Shown: positions 63,718-64,000 of the stretch, piece after piece | Layout: each line of letters starts with the position of its first letter | How positions within the stretch are numbered: position 1 is the stretch's first letter | Source: Vicugna vicugna | Taxonomy: Eukaryota | Length of the DNA stretch: 64,000 nt | Direction: 5' to 3' | NCBI GenBank assembly: GCA_013265495.1 | Contig: MU061578.1 | Coordinates: 319,308 to 383,307, forward strand | Program-made: the position numbers and the translations under genes | The notes under the pieces: generated by a model | What the model was told of the DNA's origin: nothing | What the model saw: the letters and a program-made list of their open reading frames with translations, nothing else | The model's database searches: none

Positions 63718-64000
63718 TGAAGACACTTCTCCAAAGAAGACATACAGATGGCCAATAGGCATATGAGAAGATTCTCAATATCACTAATTATTAGAGAAAT
63801 GCAAATCAAAACTGTAATGAGGTATCACCTCACACTGGTCAGAATGGCCATTATTAAAAAGTCCACAAACAATAAATACTGAAGAGGGTACGGAGAAAAG
63901 AGAACCCTCCTACACTGTTGGTGGGAATGTAATTTGGGAATGTAATTCCACTATGGAAAACAGTATGGAGATTCCCTAAAAGACTAAACATAACTTACCC
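63718..64000 (+). mobile_element. 5'-truncated L1 (ORF2 C-terminal region), runs off the window
   Basis: 'ttctccaaagaagacatacagatggccaatagg...agagaaatgcaaatcaaaac...ccctcctacactgttggtgggaatgta'. Confidence 0.92.

Noticed and set aside
1..64000. CRISPR array, prokaryotic-style operon or defence system, CpG-island promoter, processed pseudogene
   Set aside because: No repeat-spacer array, no gene-dense ORF structure, no CpG island, and no recognisable cellular-protein homology. The sequence is mammalian repeat-rich non-coding DNA.

Overview
This is mammalian non-coding DNA: AT-rich, CpG-depleted, and intergenic or deep-intronic. I recognise no host protein-coding exon, RNA gene, CpG island or CRISPR array. 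A large part of the window is interspersed repeat: MIR and L2, MaLR/ERVL solo LTRs (MLT1, MLT2, MER21), hAT and Tigger MITEs (MER5, MER58, MER63, MER6A, MER2), old L1M fragments and younger L1s. The tRNA-Ala-headed SINE at 59652 and the young L1 3' UTR type point to a camelid (alpaca/llama/camel); this is an inference from remembered consensus sequences. The only recognisable protein homology in the ORF track is broken L1 ORF2, mainly 46.6-49.0 kb on the minus strand. The most notable observations are a divergent CTCF motif pair (~31.0 and ~32.2 kb), a MER41-like solo LTR with an intact GAS motif, a probable ancient MER121 copy, two palindromic units in unique DNA at 19.6 and 20.3 kb, several enhancer-like unique blocks, a twin-primed L1 and a multi-layer nested TE stack. 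I found no convincing new biological system. Repeat subfamily names come from recognition by eye and need RepeatMasker/Dfam confirmation.
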